Below, in pieces: positions 37,891-50,700 of a DNA stretch of 64,000 nucleotides. Origin of the DNA: Chiloscyllium plagiosum (taxonomy: Eukaryota). The stretch is from NCBI RefSeq assembly GCF_004010195.1, contig NC_057714.1:21956044-22020043 (forward strand), read 5' to 3'. The first letter of the stretch is position 1; every line of letters starts with the position of its first letter. Position numbers and translations under genes: made by a program. The notes beneath the pieces are model-generated. The model was not told the origin of the DNA, ran no database searches, and saw only the letters and a program-made list of their open reading frames with translations.

Positions 37891-38855
37891 TGTCATGATG
37901 AATAGCTAGCAGTCTGTGCAAGTTATTTAAGACTTGCAGCAGTTGTTAACGTTTGAGGATGAGGTAAAGTTGTGAATGTTAGGAATGAATTCTAGTTTGT
38001 AGTTGATGCTGATAGATGAGTAATGAGGGTGGGAGTACATGGTGAAGTTAGCAGTACCTTTGGTTAATGGGATATAGTATTTAAAGATTTTGCATTTAGT
38101 CCAATTGATGCACTTTTAATTGATGCCACAGATTATATACAAAGATACTTACAACAGAAGTAGAGTTACATGATTATGATAAGCCCACCAGTGCACCAAA
38201 GGTATAGCTTCATTCTCCAAATATTTTGCCTTTCATAAGAAAATAAACATGTAATTGCATGTAATAACATTAGCCACCAAAAAGTTACACAAGTTACCCA
38301 AGGTGACAAATTAAACTTCCACTTATCAATAGAACCATGTGTTAACTTTTGTAAGTTCCACTTTTGTCAGTCTCTGCACATGCATTGCATTCATATTTAA
38401 ATCATGCAGGTCTCCTAATGGTATATGTAAATGCTGTTGTTGACTGTTCATCTGGCATCTGTGTGTTCCCAAGGTGAAAATGCCTAGGCTGGGGGATTAC
38501 AATTCCTATAATGAGTGCTGTTGCATGGTAGCTGTGCTTGCTGATGCACTTCCATTATGGGGTATAGTGGATCTCTGTGACGATGCTCATCTGTGTTAAT
38601 TTCACATCATGTTGATTGCCTGCCAACGTCGCTCCTGTAGTTGTAAATAGATATCTGAGTTGTGGCAATATATCTGACCAGTATGTTCACCACATACGAT
38701 CCGAGATAACAATTATTCTGACACAGTCCCTGAGCTAGCGTGTACTGACTGTCGTTAAAAGCATTGGACATTTGCATTCAGACCCTTCACCCCCAGCCCC
38801 ACACCGTTCAGCTTTGGCAGTGACTTGGCAGCTTTATCAAAGTAAAATTTAGCTA

Positions 38856-39084
38856 AGTAAAAACTGAAAAGACTGCAGATGCTGTAAATCAGACACAAAA
38901 ATAAAAATTGCTGGAAAAGCTCAGCAGGTCTGGCAGCATCTGTGAGAGAATCAGTGTTAACATTTGGGATTGAGTGACCCTTCCTCAGTTCAGGAAAAGT
39001 CACTCAATGCCAAATGTTAACTCTGCTTCTCTCCACAGATGTTGTCAGACCCGCTGAGCTTTCCCAGCAATTTCCAGTTTTGTC
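38856..39084. mobile_element. Fold-back pLTR element (family 2) with 13 bp TSD
   Basis: taaaatttagcta at 38843-38855 and 39085-39097. Inverted arms meet at gagtgacccttcctcag/ttcaggaaaagtcactc (decayed CUGAGGA hammerhead). Confidence 0.85.
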
Positions 39085-39439
39085 TAAAATTTAGCTATCT
39101 GTCATTTCACTTTGAATCTCTCATTCATACCTCTTGCTGCTTCTGGCTTCAGTAATTTTCGTTTTGCTATTGGAAAAGAAAATTGGATGCTCCATGATGT
39201 TGGTCTTTGGACTAGACTGCTTCTCACGCCTTCAATAGGAGTAATTCTCCACTCTAGGATTGCCTTGAACAAGTCTAGCTGGAATTTCCTAATTTCTTTT
39301 TCTGCAATTCTCTTCGGCAATTGTCACTGTCACTGCAGCCTTCCCATTTAACTGGATAAATTGGAGAGCAGTTACATGGCACTGTATTCTATGACTCTAT
39401 GAGTCGTGACTTGAGGGTGACTATCACTCATCACAATGT

Positions 39440-39642
39440 CTGGACAGTCATAATGACAAAATGCATCTGGTTTATTAATGTCCTATAGAGATGAATATTT
39501 GTCCTTTTTGTACTCTTATGAACATGTGACCTATAATAATGTGGTTGACCCCTATCTGCCCTCTGAAATGGCCTAGCATGTCACTCAGTTCAACAGATGG
39601 CAACCTTGCCAGTGATGCCCACATCCCATGCAAGAATGAAAA
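39440..39642 (+). mobile_element. Partial copy of second SINE family
   Basis: tctggtttattaatgtcctatag...aatgtggttgacc...gccagtgatgcccacatcccatgcaagaat. Confidence 0.6.
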
Positions 39643-39785
39643 GATGTTGTCTTGATGCTTTCATGCATCCTTTCTTTAGTAATACCTGCAGTAATTTTAC
39701 AGTTGCATCTTGCTGCATCATGTTCTTGACGTGAATAAAAATGTTTGTCTTGCAAATTCAATGTTTTGACTTGGTCAATGAGCAC

Positions 39786-41406
39786 AGAGTCGAGAATGTG
39801 GTGCTCAAAAAACACAGCTGGTCAGGCAGCATCCAAGGAGCAGGAGAATCGGCGTTTTGGGCATAAGCCCTTCATCAGGAATGTTTGAAATGAAGAGGTC
39901 AAGGGCAGGTAACAGGCCAGCACGAGGTATCCAGGTGGATGGCGTGTGTTGGAGGCGGGAGAAGGGGTCCTCGGTGGGTGGGCGGGTATCTTGGTTAAAA
40001 AAGTAGGCACGGAGGTGGAGGCAGGGGAAGAAGTTCGCAGTTCAAGTTTAAGTTTGCAGCATCTGTCAAACTCATTAATCTGGGACTGTACAGGGATAAA
40101 GGTGAGGCTTTTACTGAGGACTAAACATTCGTCCTCAGTGAGGGGGAGGTCTGGGGGAATGGTGAAAACATGGCCGGGATGGGAGCTAGGACCTGGGACC
40201 TGGAGTGGGTCTGGAGTTTGAGGTGGGGGCGGAGACAGTTGCTTGAGTGGGCGTGGTTATCAGGGCTGTTGTGACGTCACTGACAGAAGTGACGCTCACA
40301 AAGGGGGAGGAGGTAATGCTTATGGCAGTGTTAACGGAGGTGGAGGTGGCATCACAAGCAGTGAGGACAATGTTACTGTTAGGTACTCGGCTGGTGACAT
40401 CGTGACATCAAAGATAGAGCCTTCCAGCCGGGTGGAGGTGACTGCCATGGTGGCAACTGCGGGGGCGGAAGTGACATGTAAGGTAGGTATCATGTCTGTG
40501 CTGGTGAATCTAGCAGTGCTGGTGTATCCTGCAGTGGTGGTTGTCTCTGCAGTTGCCAAGGTGGTTGGGCGGACGGCAATCATGGAGGTTTTGTGGTCAG
40601 CAGTGGCTGTGAGGCGTGCGGCAGTGTCGGGGGCTGAAGTGGCATCATCAATCGCTCCGGCGGTCATGAAAAGAGCGGCCATGTGGCTAATGGCACCTGG
40701 GCGGTGCCAGAGGGCAGGGGAAGGTTCTAGAAGGTTTGAGGAAACCTGTGTATGGGGGAAGTACATGAAAGTTTATTTAGCTTACATTCTTTTATGCCTG
40801 ATGCAGTAGGGGAATACTGTTTGTTGAGCGCATGTATCCTTCTGAGGATGTAGAAATACAGAGGTCCACTGCAGGTCTGGGAAAGTGTGGCTCTGAGCTG
40901 GGGCAGAGCTGACTGTAGGTAGAGTAGATGGCGGCGCATAGCTGATAGTATTGAGCGGAGGATCCGGAAAGAGAATTGTTGTTGAAGGTTTCTGATTTGT
41001 AGTCGAGACTGGGTATTCTGTTCAGGTCCAAACTGGGTTGGTCCGGAGTCCATGTGGGATCAGATGGTTCCGAAGGCAGGTACTGAGGGAGGAGATGTGG
41101 CTGTGGTAGCGAGTCTGCTTGAGGACGTGACTGAAGAGCTTCAGGGCAGAGGAGAGGACCTGGGGGGAGGATGCAGTGAGGGAGGAACTCACAGAGATTC
41201 TTGTAGAGGGAGGAGGAGAACTTCTTCAAGGTAGGCATCCTTGGAAGAGGCTTCACAGTAGGGTTGAAATCAACTAGGAGAAAGTGAGGACTGCAGATGC
41301 TGGAGACCAGAGTCGAGAATGTGGTGCTGAAAACGCACAGTAGGTCAGGCAACATCCAAGGAGCAGGAAAATCGAGGTTTCAGGCATAAGCCCTTCATCT
41401 GGAATG
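39786..41406 (-). mobile_element. Non-autonomous Penelope-like element: pLTR - N-terminal ORF fragment - pLTR
   Basis: ~100 bp direct repeats at 39786-39883 and 41309-41406. Frameshifted minus ORF includes HISSLSTCLRNHLIPHGLR, ILRSILSAMRRHL and VFTIPPDLPLTEDECLVLSKSLTFIP (PLE LSKGL.F motif). TSD core tgagcacagag. Confidence 0.85.
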
Positions 41407-41429
41407 CTCCGTCCAGTGAGCACAGAGCA

Positions 41430-43500
41430 TATCAAGCTGTCACTTCACAGAGTCCACACTGTCTTTTTTGATAGACAGCCAGTTTTGAAAGCATTCAGAA
41501 ATATACATCTGTTTCCCTTGTTTGTATGTCATATCCAGGTGACATCTCTGCCACAAAGGTATCTCTGCAGATCTTTGAAGCAGATACGTGGAATGATGAA
41601 AACGTTTTGAAGTTACTTATGGTGGAACTCCATTATAGTTTTGAGTTTCCCAAACAGGTATTGATTAAAATGCTCACAAGCAATGACAACAGCCAGGCAT
41701 TGCTTCCCAATCTGAATGCATCATCTTTCGGTTTGTGTTAATGCCCTGGCTGTGATGGAACTGATTAATCCGCGCTGCATTAGGGTTGCACAAAGTCCTG
41801 TCTTACTGGTATCCCATTGCAAAGTGACGTCACCACTGTCATCGCAATCCTCGGCACTGGTGTTGCCATCACTCATTTAATTCTAGTGAAAGGTGCTGCA
41901 CCACCTTAGGAATGAGCATGTGGAAATGTTTGGACTCCACCGAAAAATTAGACATGTACTTTGGTAAATAGTTCACCAATCCAACGAATGACTACACTGC
42001 TTTACATGTGTTGGTTGCTGCATCTGTGCTACACCACTCAACTTGTTTTAATGCAGGCAAAGTTCTTTTGTTATGAGTACATGATCTACATATTTGACCT
42101 CAGAAATTTTCAGTTGGTTTGTTTTGCTTTCTGGTTCATCTGTAGAATTTTCTCAAACAGTCACAATGAATTTTATGTTCCCTTCTGCCAGTGTGTCACC
42201 ACATCCATTATCTAGCAGATTATTCACAATAAAAACTCCACTCCAGGAAGATCATTATTTTGTGCTGCTTGCATTGATACTCTTCTGGGGCTGTAGAAGT
42301 ACTATTGGCATGTGCAACATCTGTATTTCTGAATGCAGAATTTTGTTACAAAGGTACTTCTTTCACTCATCTTCACTTGCCAGTAGGCATTGTATCAAGT
42401 GTGGTGAAGACTTTAACTTTACTACTTGGCAAAATACCTTCAGTGGTTGGCATGGGGCAATGTGAGCTTTCAAAGCTTTATTGAAATATTTTGCATCTAC
42501 ATTTAGTCTCAATTTCCAGACCTTTGTCACTGCTGCTATGCTGTTAATCCAGTCTGTAGGAGTTTTCACTTCATTTACTTTCCAGTTTCTCAATCTTGTC
42601 TTTCGTTCAGGATTGAGGGCAGTTGGTAGTCCCCTCAGCAGATTAAATGTTGGTTCAATACTTGCATTTACCTTAAGCTAACATTCACCTAGAAAACATC
42701 CAAGACCTGCAAAAGTATCTTTGTAATCTTCTAAGTTCTCAGCAGCAGCCAATGGCTTAATAGCCTGGGAAATGCTCATTTGGGGTTACTAGTGCAAGCT
42801 TTGGATTTGCTTTAATTTGGATGAATGGATTTAGCTTAATCCCCACTATCTGGAACTCCATTCTCCACCCTCATTTCGGAAACTCTGAGCACAAAACTTT
42901 TCACTGTGCCTCGGTCCACATGACAATAAATTCAATTCAGTTCAATCCAATTCAGATGTTCTTTCTTTCCATTTCATTGGATTCTCATCTTCTTTTGTCC
43001 TCTTATGCTTGAATATCATTGCATCATACAGCCTCAACATTACCTTTGAGGACTTCATTTTTGGATTGACATCTTGAGTGACTCGAGTGACAAACTCCTG
43101 ATATTACTCAAAGCACTGATGTCTAACTGACATTTCATATTCACTTGACACTCTCCTTCTATAGCTACCATTCTAACAACCACAAACCATTTGTCACCTT
43201 AAGACATGACAACATCAACCTGTTAAAAGATGTCAAGTGATTTGTCAGAATCATCAGTTGACATCTCTGCAGCAGAAACCTTGATAGTCTTGTTTTGCTT
43301 CTTTTGAGTTAAGTAATTGTGTGCCCAGTGATTCAGCTTCCTGCTGTTACAGCACTACTTATCTCATGATGAAAATGTCTGCTTTTTTTTTATGTGCTGT
43401 CCGCTGCAATATTTACACCTGTCCTCTGGTCTCATCATTCTGCTGGTTCTTCTGCAAAGCGTTCTTTCAGTCTGTTGTTCTAATTCAGCCCGAAATATCT
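41430..43500 (-). mobile_element. Degraded Gypsy LTR-retrotransposon pol remnants
   Basis: ORF 42363-42593 TPTDWINSIAAVTK..KLRLNVDAKYFNKALK resembles the Gypsy RT start (PTDW.S..V.V.K..KLR.C.DP..LNKALK). A CQLDIS protease-like motif lies near 43120. Confidence 0.6.
42850..42955 (+). mobile_element. Rex/Babar-like LINE 3' tail
   Basis: aaaacttttcactgtgcctcggtccacatgacaataaa followed by (ttcaa)n. Confidence 0.55.
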
Positions 43501-44599
43501 CCCAGCATAATATCAATCATAGTTTGCCTTTTTTGTTTCAGTGAGCTGGCTTTTCAGTGGAGCACAAACATGCAATGCCATAGCTTTAGTTTAAACAATA
43601 AAACATAAGTTTATTACACAAAATAAATGAAGATCAAATAAAATAACCCCAAGTATTTACATATAACGCTCAGTTAAAGATTTTTTAAACACCTGGTAGA
43701 AATACAACCCATTAATCCCAATAATCCTCAAAAGGTGTGACAAAACCAATATTTCTTTAGCTCTAGCAGTCAACAGAGTTTGCAAAATCATGATCATCCA
43801 ATTCATTTAATAAATCTGCCTCCAATCTTGGAAGAAGAAATAATTCAGCTTTTGTTACCATGTTGACTTTGTGATAATGAATAAAGAATCTTTGTACCTT
43901 ATTCGGTGGTGGTCCTGTTCTAGGACACCTCATGACTTCCACTGGGTCTTGTCAAGGTTACCTATGAGTTCCTGGAATATTTAGGACATTACATTTGAGG
44001 TGAGGGAGACAGACAGTAGCAGGAGAAAGTGCTTGAGGTTTTCCTGATGCTGTGATCACACAGTCTATGGCCAGACAAGCTCAACTAGTGAAAGAGGAGA
44101 TGGTACTGCAACAGAATATCTTACAGTCATCCCTCACGGATCTGTAAACAAGGAGGGGACACTTTTGCAATGGGCAGTAGTGCTTTTGAGGTTCCATGGG
44201 GAAATGCTGGAGCTAGCTCATGAGATTCCGAAAGCTGGGAATGTCAGTGTATCGCAAACCCAAACCTGAGTCAATCCTTATCTCTACTGGCCACAGCTCC
44301 ACAAGCATGGGTTTTACAGGGTTTTACAAGGTTTTACAAGGGTTTTACAGAACCCACCCTGTGATAAGACCTGCTCCTATCATTCTCGTACTAGCTTTCG
44401 GAAAGTATTTATCAAAGTGTTAGATAACTGTGAAGGAACAAACTCTGCCCAAAACAGATGGAAAACCCCAGCAACATTCTCGGTTTTGTTAAAACTGATC
44501 TGCTGTCTCAGGAATGCCTTTGCAGGGATTCAAAGCTGCAGTCAGAGCCAGTTCTGCTGTGCTCTCTGACTGACTCCCATTCTCTGGGTGGGGTAAATG

Positions 44600-45520
44600 T
44601 GCCCTGATACATCACATCGATTCTCTTTTTCCATAGCAAAGAAATGCCCTACCTCACACCACTTAAAACATGGGTTTCTTAACCTCACTTTTCAACTCAG
44701 CACTACCTTCTCTGTCCTGAGGAGGGCCTGCAGCATTTTCCATGAGTGTTCAGTTTCCAGTTGCTCTCCCCACAGCTATCATTTACGGGGTGCCCAGGGC
44801 AGCATTTGTTCTGGAAGCGGGGGGGGGTTTGTGGATCAGCTTATAGACACCAGCCAGTATGGCTGCCTGAATGGACCCAGTCGTTATCTGTTCCTTGAGA
44901 TTTATTAATATCAGAGGAATGGAGTTCCTAAATTCCTGAAGGAGAATTATTTCGCTGACCATTTTTTTGGTAAATGGCTTCTATCTTAAGTGTCTGTTCC
45001 CACTGATTAAAATCAAGTTGCTTTAGCTTTTTGAATTTCATGTCCATCAGGTCAGGCCATTTCCTGAGGCATGGAATTTTTGATAGGATAGCAGCAGCTC
45101 TCACTGGTACACATTTACAGTCAGCCTTTTCATTGCCTTGTAGTCGGTAGCATTTTCCTCAGGCAAAAGAGAGGCGATCCTGTGCACTTCCACCAAGATC
45201 TTACTCTGCAGTCCGGAGGAGTCGTGTTGGACTGGTAATTTTAACTGCTATGCCACTGGCTCAAAAGAAATCAAGAACGTTTCTACCTCTGCCTCAAGGA
45301 ATGTAGGAATTAAGTGAGCAATGCATTGCAATCAGAACCATCCTCTGAGTTACAACCTCCTCGTTTCTTTTTATATTCTAAGCTTTTCTCTCCAAGACAA
45401 ATCTGATCTCTCCACGTCCTTGAAGATCAAGCTTTTTAAATGCATTTCTATGCCCCTTTTCATTCTTTTTATCTTTGGATTCAAATTTTTGAATTTCTTG
45501 TTTTCTCTAATTTTCCATCT
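44600..45520 (-). mobile_element. Degraded Gypsy (Gmr1-like) gag remnant
   Basis: Minus translation PTFLEAEVETFLISFEPVA.QLKLP and DYKAMKKA resembles Gmr1-type gag (recalled). Heavily decayed. Confidence 0.4.
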
Positions 45521-45594
45521 AACTGAACCTTAGCTAATTCTAGCGATAACGCATCGATTTCAAGTTTCCCTTCATTTCGTTCTGAATGCTGGGA

Positions 45595-45776
45595 ACTATC
45601 CAGACCTCCCAGTCACTGCTCATTTTAACTCCCATTCCCACTCCTTTTCTGACATGATCATCCTCAGCTCCACCCCATTGCCACAGCGATCTAAACTGCA
45701 AATTTGAGGAACAACACCTCATCTTCTGCCTGGGCAGCCTACAACCTGGAGGACTCAGCATTGAGTTCACCAATTT
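45595..45776 (+). mobile_element. Penelope GIY-YIG endonuclease C-terminal fragment
   Basis: PDLPVTAHFNSHSHSFSDMIIL...KFEEQHLIFCLGSLQPGGLSIEFTN is the typical PLE C-terminus (HFN...H; L.TL.P.GLN). Confidence 0.8.
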
Positions 45777-45992
45777 GGGTGGCATGGTGACTCAATGGTT
45801 AGCACTGCTGCCTCACAGCACCAGGGACCCAGGTTAAATTCCTGCCTCAGGCAACTGTCTGTGTGGAGTTTGCACATTCTCTCCGTGTCTGCGTGGGCTT
45901 CCTCCGGGTGCACCGGTTTCCTCCCACAGTCTAAAGATGTACAGGTCAGGTGAATTGGTCATGCTAAATTGCCTGTAGTGTTTTAGTAAATA
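45777..45992 (+). mobile_element. HE1/V-SINE-type SINE (3'-truncated)
   Basis: gggtggcatggtgactcaatggttagcactgctgcctcacagc... Confidence 0.9.
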
Positions 45993-45994
45993 GG

Positions 45995-46795
45995 CAAGGA
46001 CATACCACATGGAAATTAAAATGTGACAATGTGAAGTTATCGACTTAAGTAGAAGGAATAGACATGCAAAATATTTCTTAAATGGTGAGAGGTTGGAAAG
46101 TATAGATATACAAAGGGTTCTAGGTATAATTGCCAGTCAGTCACTGAGGGCTAATGTGCATGAGCAGTAAGCTATTAGGAAGGCTAATGAAAAGTTAGCC
46201 TTTATCACAAGAGGATCTGAGTACAGGTATGATGAAGTCTTGCTACAATTGTAAGGGAATTTGCTTAGACTGGACCTGGAGTACCATGTGTAGTTTTGGT
46301 CTCCTTTTCGCAGGAAAGATATCATTGCCACTGAGGGAGTGCAATAGACATTCACCTGACTTGTTTCTGGGATAGCAAGACTATCCTATGAAGAGAAATT
46401 GGGCAAATTTGTCATGTATTCTCTTGAGTGTTGAAGGATGGGGGGGCAACCTCACTGAAAGCTACAAAATATTTAAAGGGACAGAGACATTAAGTACAGG
46501 TAAGATGTTTCCCTGTTTGGAGAAGTAAGGACCAGCAGGCAGAAAAATATTAAGGAGGATTCCATTTAGGACCGAGATGAGGTGTTTTTTATAACTCAGT
46601 GGGTGGTGCATTTTTGGAATTCTTCAATACAGAGCCTGTGGTCTTTGAGTATATTTAAAGTAGGTTTTGTTAGATTTCTGATCATCAATAGCATAAAGGG
46701 TTATAGGGATAAGGTGGGTAAAAGACATTGAAGACATAATGTGTTAAATGGCAGAGCTTGTTCAATAGGCCAAACAGCTTACTCCTATGATCACA
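45995..46795 (+). mobile_element. Old CR1 3' part
   Basis: Degraded ...HLSRRNRHAKYFLNGERL...LEYHV.FWSP..., then tail. Confidence 0.82.
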
Positions 46796-47069
46796 TGAGG
46801 CCAATTTTTAAAATGAATTATTTCTATATCTGTTGGCATTAATCTTTCACGATACTGATGGCCTTAACTTTCATAGTTGTAGCAATTTGACTTTTATATA
46901 ATTTCCCCCAACTTGGAGACCCCACAGACTAGAAAGCATTTTTGCCAAGATCACAGGTTTTTCTGAACTAAATTGAAAAAGATCTTGATTCTGTTTGAAT
47001 TAAACATTGGATTCTTATGAACTAAGACCATCTTAGGTTTCATTTTTCAGCTAACATTGAGTTTTTTTT

Positions 47070-47379
47070 ATTAGATTCCCTACCGTGTGCAAACAGGCCC
47101 TTTGGCCCAACTAGTCCACACTGACTCTCTGAAGAGTAAACCACCCTGACCCTTAACCCTAACTAACACACCGAATTGTACGGGCAATTTAACATGATCA
47201 ATTCACCTAACCTGCACGTCTTTGGACTGTGGGAGGAAACTAGAGCACCCGGAGGAAACCCACGCAGACACGGGGAGAATGTACAAACTCTACACAGACA
47301 GTCACCTGAGGCTGGAATCGAACCCGGGTCCCTGGCGCTGTGAGGCAGCAGCGCTAACCACTGAGCCACTGTGCCGCCC
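47070..47379 (-). mobile_element. Near full-length HE1/V-SINE-type SINE
   Basis: gggcggcacagtggctcagtggttagcgctgctgcctcacagcgccagggacccgggttcgattcc head, with tail. Confidence 0.93.
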
Positions 47380-47791
47380 AACAGTGACATTCAAATATTT
47401 TTGAATTTATTTTTCCCATGAAGCCTAGTGAGGGTTTTTATCAAACCTGTCTCTTTACTTAGCTATCACAGCCCTGTGGTGTCTCTCATGTCTGTGTTCT
47501 GTCCCAGTTTACCACACGTCGTTCCCAGAAAAACTCAGCACTCAGTGGATTTTCTGGAATCCACTGACATCGCTGGTGGCCACACCATCTTAAAACCTTG
47601 TTGTGCATCCGGACAAGCACAGTCCATCTGAAGCTGCCTGCATGGTTCCTGTATTTGCCCTAGGTTTGTCAGATGGGGAAATCATCATCCACTTTGCGGA
47701 TAAAGTCCTCGATGTCCAACTGGATGTGATGCTCCCGATATTGGGCATCCTTTTTCCTCAGTACCAGCAGAGGAGGTAACAACACCACTCC

Positions 47792-50700
47792 TGTAGTGAC
47801 TAAAACAAGGTCAGCCAGATGGATATCATAGAATAGGAGTTCCCTGATTGGGGTTGTTAATCTGGTCCAATCAGGGAGCCCTGGCTGACAGATGTAAACA
47901 GGAGCTTTTTCCCTTTTTGGGAGCAGTGGGAGACAGAGCGGAGGTGACGTGAAGACCAGGAGGGTGCCGAGAAGGTAAGGAAATTGTTTAAATTCTTACC
48001 TTCAAAGCCCGCAGCCTTTTTCCTGTTCGGGAGCAGTGGGAGAGAGAGCAGAGGTGACGTGGAGACCAGGACAGTACCGGGAAGGTAAGAACTTAGTATA
48101 TATTTGGGCAGCAACTAAACCTGAGATACTACACGTGTAGTATCTCCCTCCCACTTCCCCCCACCCCCCCAACCCACCCAGAAGAAAAAGACCCTGCAAG
48201 GTAAGGCTTTTATTTTTTTCTTTTTCTTTTCGTGCATATATTTAAGTGCATTGTTTGGTTTTAGTTAGTTGGTATAAGGCTAAGGCTTACAATGGCAGGG
48301 GACCTCAGACCTGTGGCATGTGCCTCTTGCTTGATATGGGAGCTCAGGGAACTGGCTGACTCTTACACTTGCAAGAAGTGTGTCCAGCTCTTGTTGACCG
48401 CATGATGGCTCTGGAGCTGTGGATGGACTCACTGCGGAGCATCCGAGATGCTGAGGAGGTTGTGGATAGTACGTTGAGTGAACTGGTCACACCGCAGGTT
48501 AGAATTGCTGAGGGAGCCAGTGAATGTGATCAAAAGCCATAAAAAGAGTAGGAAGGCAATGCAGGTGTCCCCTGCGGTCATCTCCCTCTAAAACAGGTAT
48601 ACCATTTTGGATTCTGTTTGGGGAGATGGCTCACCAGGGGAGGGCAGCAGTTGCCAAGATCATGGCACCTTGTTGGGCTCTGCTGTTCAGAAAAGCAGGA
48701 AAAAGACTCATAGGGCCATAGTCATAGGGGGTTCTATTGTAAGGGGAGTAGATAGGTGGTTCTGTGGCTGAAAACGGGACCCCTGGATAGCAAGTTGCCT
48801 CCCAGGTGCTTGGGTCAGGGATGTCACCAATTGACTGCAGAGCATTCTAAAAGGGGAGGGTAAACAACCAGTTGGCTTGGTGCAAATATGTACCAATGAT
48901 GTACGTAAAAAAATGAGATGAGGTCCTGAAAGCAGAATTCAAGGAGCTAGGAAAGAAGTTAAAAAGGAGGACCTCAAAGGTAGTGACCTCTGGATTACCA
49001 CCGATGCCGAGTGCTATTCAGCATAGAAATGAAAGAATAGGCAGGATGAACATGTGGCCTGGGAGATCGTGTAGGAGGGAGAGGTTCAAATTTGTTGGAC
49101 ATTGGGATCAGTTCTGGGGAAGGTGGGACTATTACAAACTGGATGGTCTACATGTGAACCAGACTGGAACCAATGTCCTTGAGGAAGATTTTTGCTACTG
49201 CTATTGGGAAGGTTTTAAACTATTGTGGCCGGGGGCTGGGAACCAGAAGAGAAGATAAGTAGGCAGCAAGATGGAAATTGGAGACTGTAAGAATCATGAA
49301 GATAGCATTAATAAGGGCAAGAGTAGGCAGACAGCAGGTGAACGCAAAAGAACTGCTGGCCTGAAGTGCATATACTTTAATGCAAGGAGTATAGTGGGTA
49401 AGGCAACAAACTTAGGACTTGGATTGGTGCCTGGGGGTATGACATTATTGCAATCACAGAGACTTGCTTGAAGGAAGGGCATGATTGGCAACTAAACGTT
49501 CCAGAATATAGATGCTTCAGACAGGACAGGGAGCTTTGTAAAATATGGGGAGGGGTTACATTGCTGATCAGGGATGTTATCACGGCTGTACTAATGGAAG
49601 CCACTATGGAGGGCTTGAGTAGTGAGGCATTATGGGTGGAGCTGAGAAATAAGAAGGGTGCAGATACATTGTTGGGGCTGTATTACAGACCTCCCAACAG
49701 TGAGCATGAGGTAGAAAAACAAATAGGTAAACAGATTATGGAAAGATGTCGAGTCAACAGGGTGTGGTGATGGGAGATTTTAATTTTCCCAACATTGACT
49801 GGGATACACTTAGTGTCAGAAGTCTGGATGGGGCAGAATTTGTAAGAAGCATCCAGGAGAGTTTTCTAGAGCAGTATGTCAATAGTCCGACAAGGGAAGG
49901 GGCCATATTGGACCTGGTATTGAGGAATGAGCCAGGCCAGGTGATAGAAGTTGCAGTGAGGGGTTTCTTTGGGAACAATGACCAAATTCTATAAGTTTTA
50001 GAATACTCGTAGACAAAGATGAGAATGGTCCTAATGGGAGAGTACTAAACTGGGCCAAGGCCAATTATATCAAAATTAGGCAGGAGCTGGGGAATGTGGA
50101 TTGGACACAATATTTGAAGGGATGTCCACATTTGAAATGTGGGAAGCTTTCAAAGATAGGTTAAAGATAGTGCAGGATAGGCATGTCCCATTGAAGACAA
50201 AGGATAGGAAAGGCAAGATTTGTGAAACGTAGATGACAGGAGAAATTGTACAACTAGCCAAGAGGAAAAGGGAAGCGTACGTAAGGTCCAGGCAGCTAAG
50301 AACAGAATGGGCTCTGGAAGAAAAAGTAGGGAAGATGTGTTGGGTAGGCTAGAAGTTATTAAGGTGGACAAATCCCCAGGACCGGATGGGATCTATCCTA
50401 GGTTGCTGAGGGAGGCGAGAGAGAAAATAGCTGGGGCCCTGACAGATATCTTTGTAGTATTCTTAAACACAGGTGAGGTGCCAGAGGACTGGAAGGCTGC
50501 TCATGTTGTCCCCCTGTACAAAAAGGGTAGCAGGAATGTTCCAGGTAACTACAGATCAGTGAGCCTGACGTCAGTGGTGGGAAAGTTGCTGGAGAAGGTA
50601 CTGTCAAAGAATACTGGAGAATATAGATAGACTGGAGATTAGGGTGGAGAAGTGGCAGATGGACTTCAATCAAGGCAAATGTGAGGTGAAGCATTTTGGG

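Noticed and set aside
40243-40809. 188 aa Ala/Val-rich + strand ORF and mucin-like Thr-rich minus ORF
   Set aside because: These are the low-complexity internal part of the Penelope ORF and its antisense, not a host gene.
44309-44350. Four copies of ggttttaca(g/a)
   Set aside because: Tiny local slippage repeat inside decayed retroelement DNA, with no sign of function.
47310-47379. tRNA gene
   Set aside because: A/B boxes are present but continue into the SINE body with no acceptor stem. This applies to all SINE heads here.
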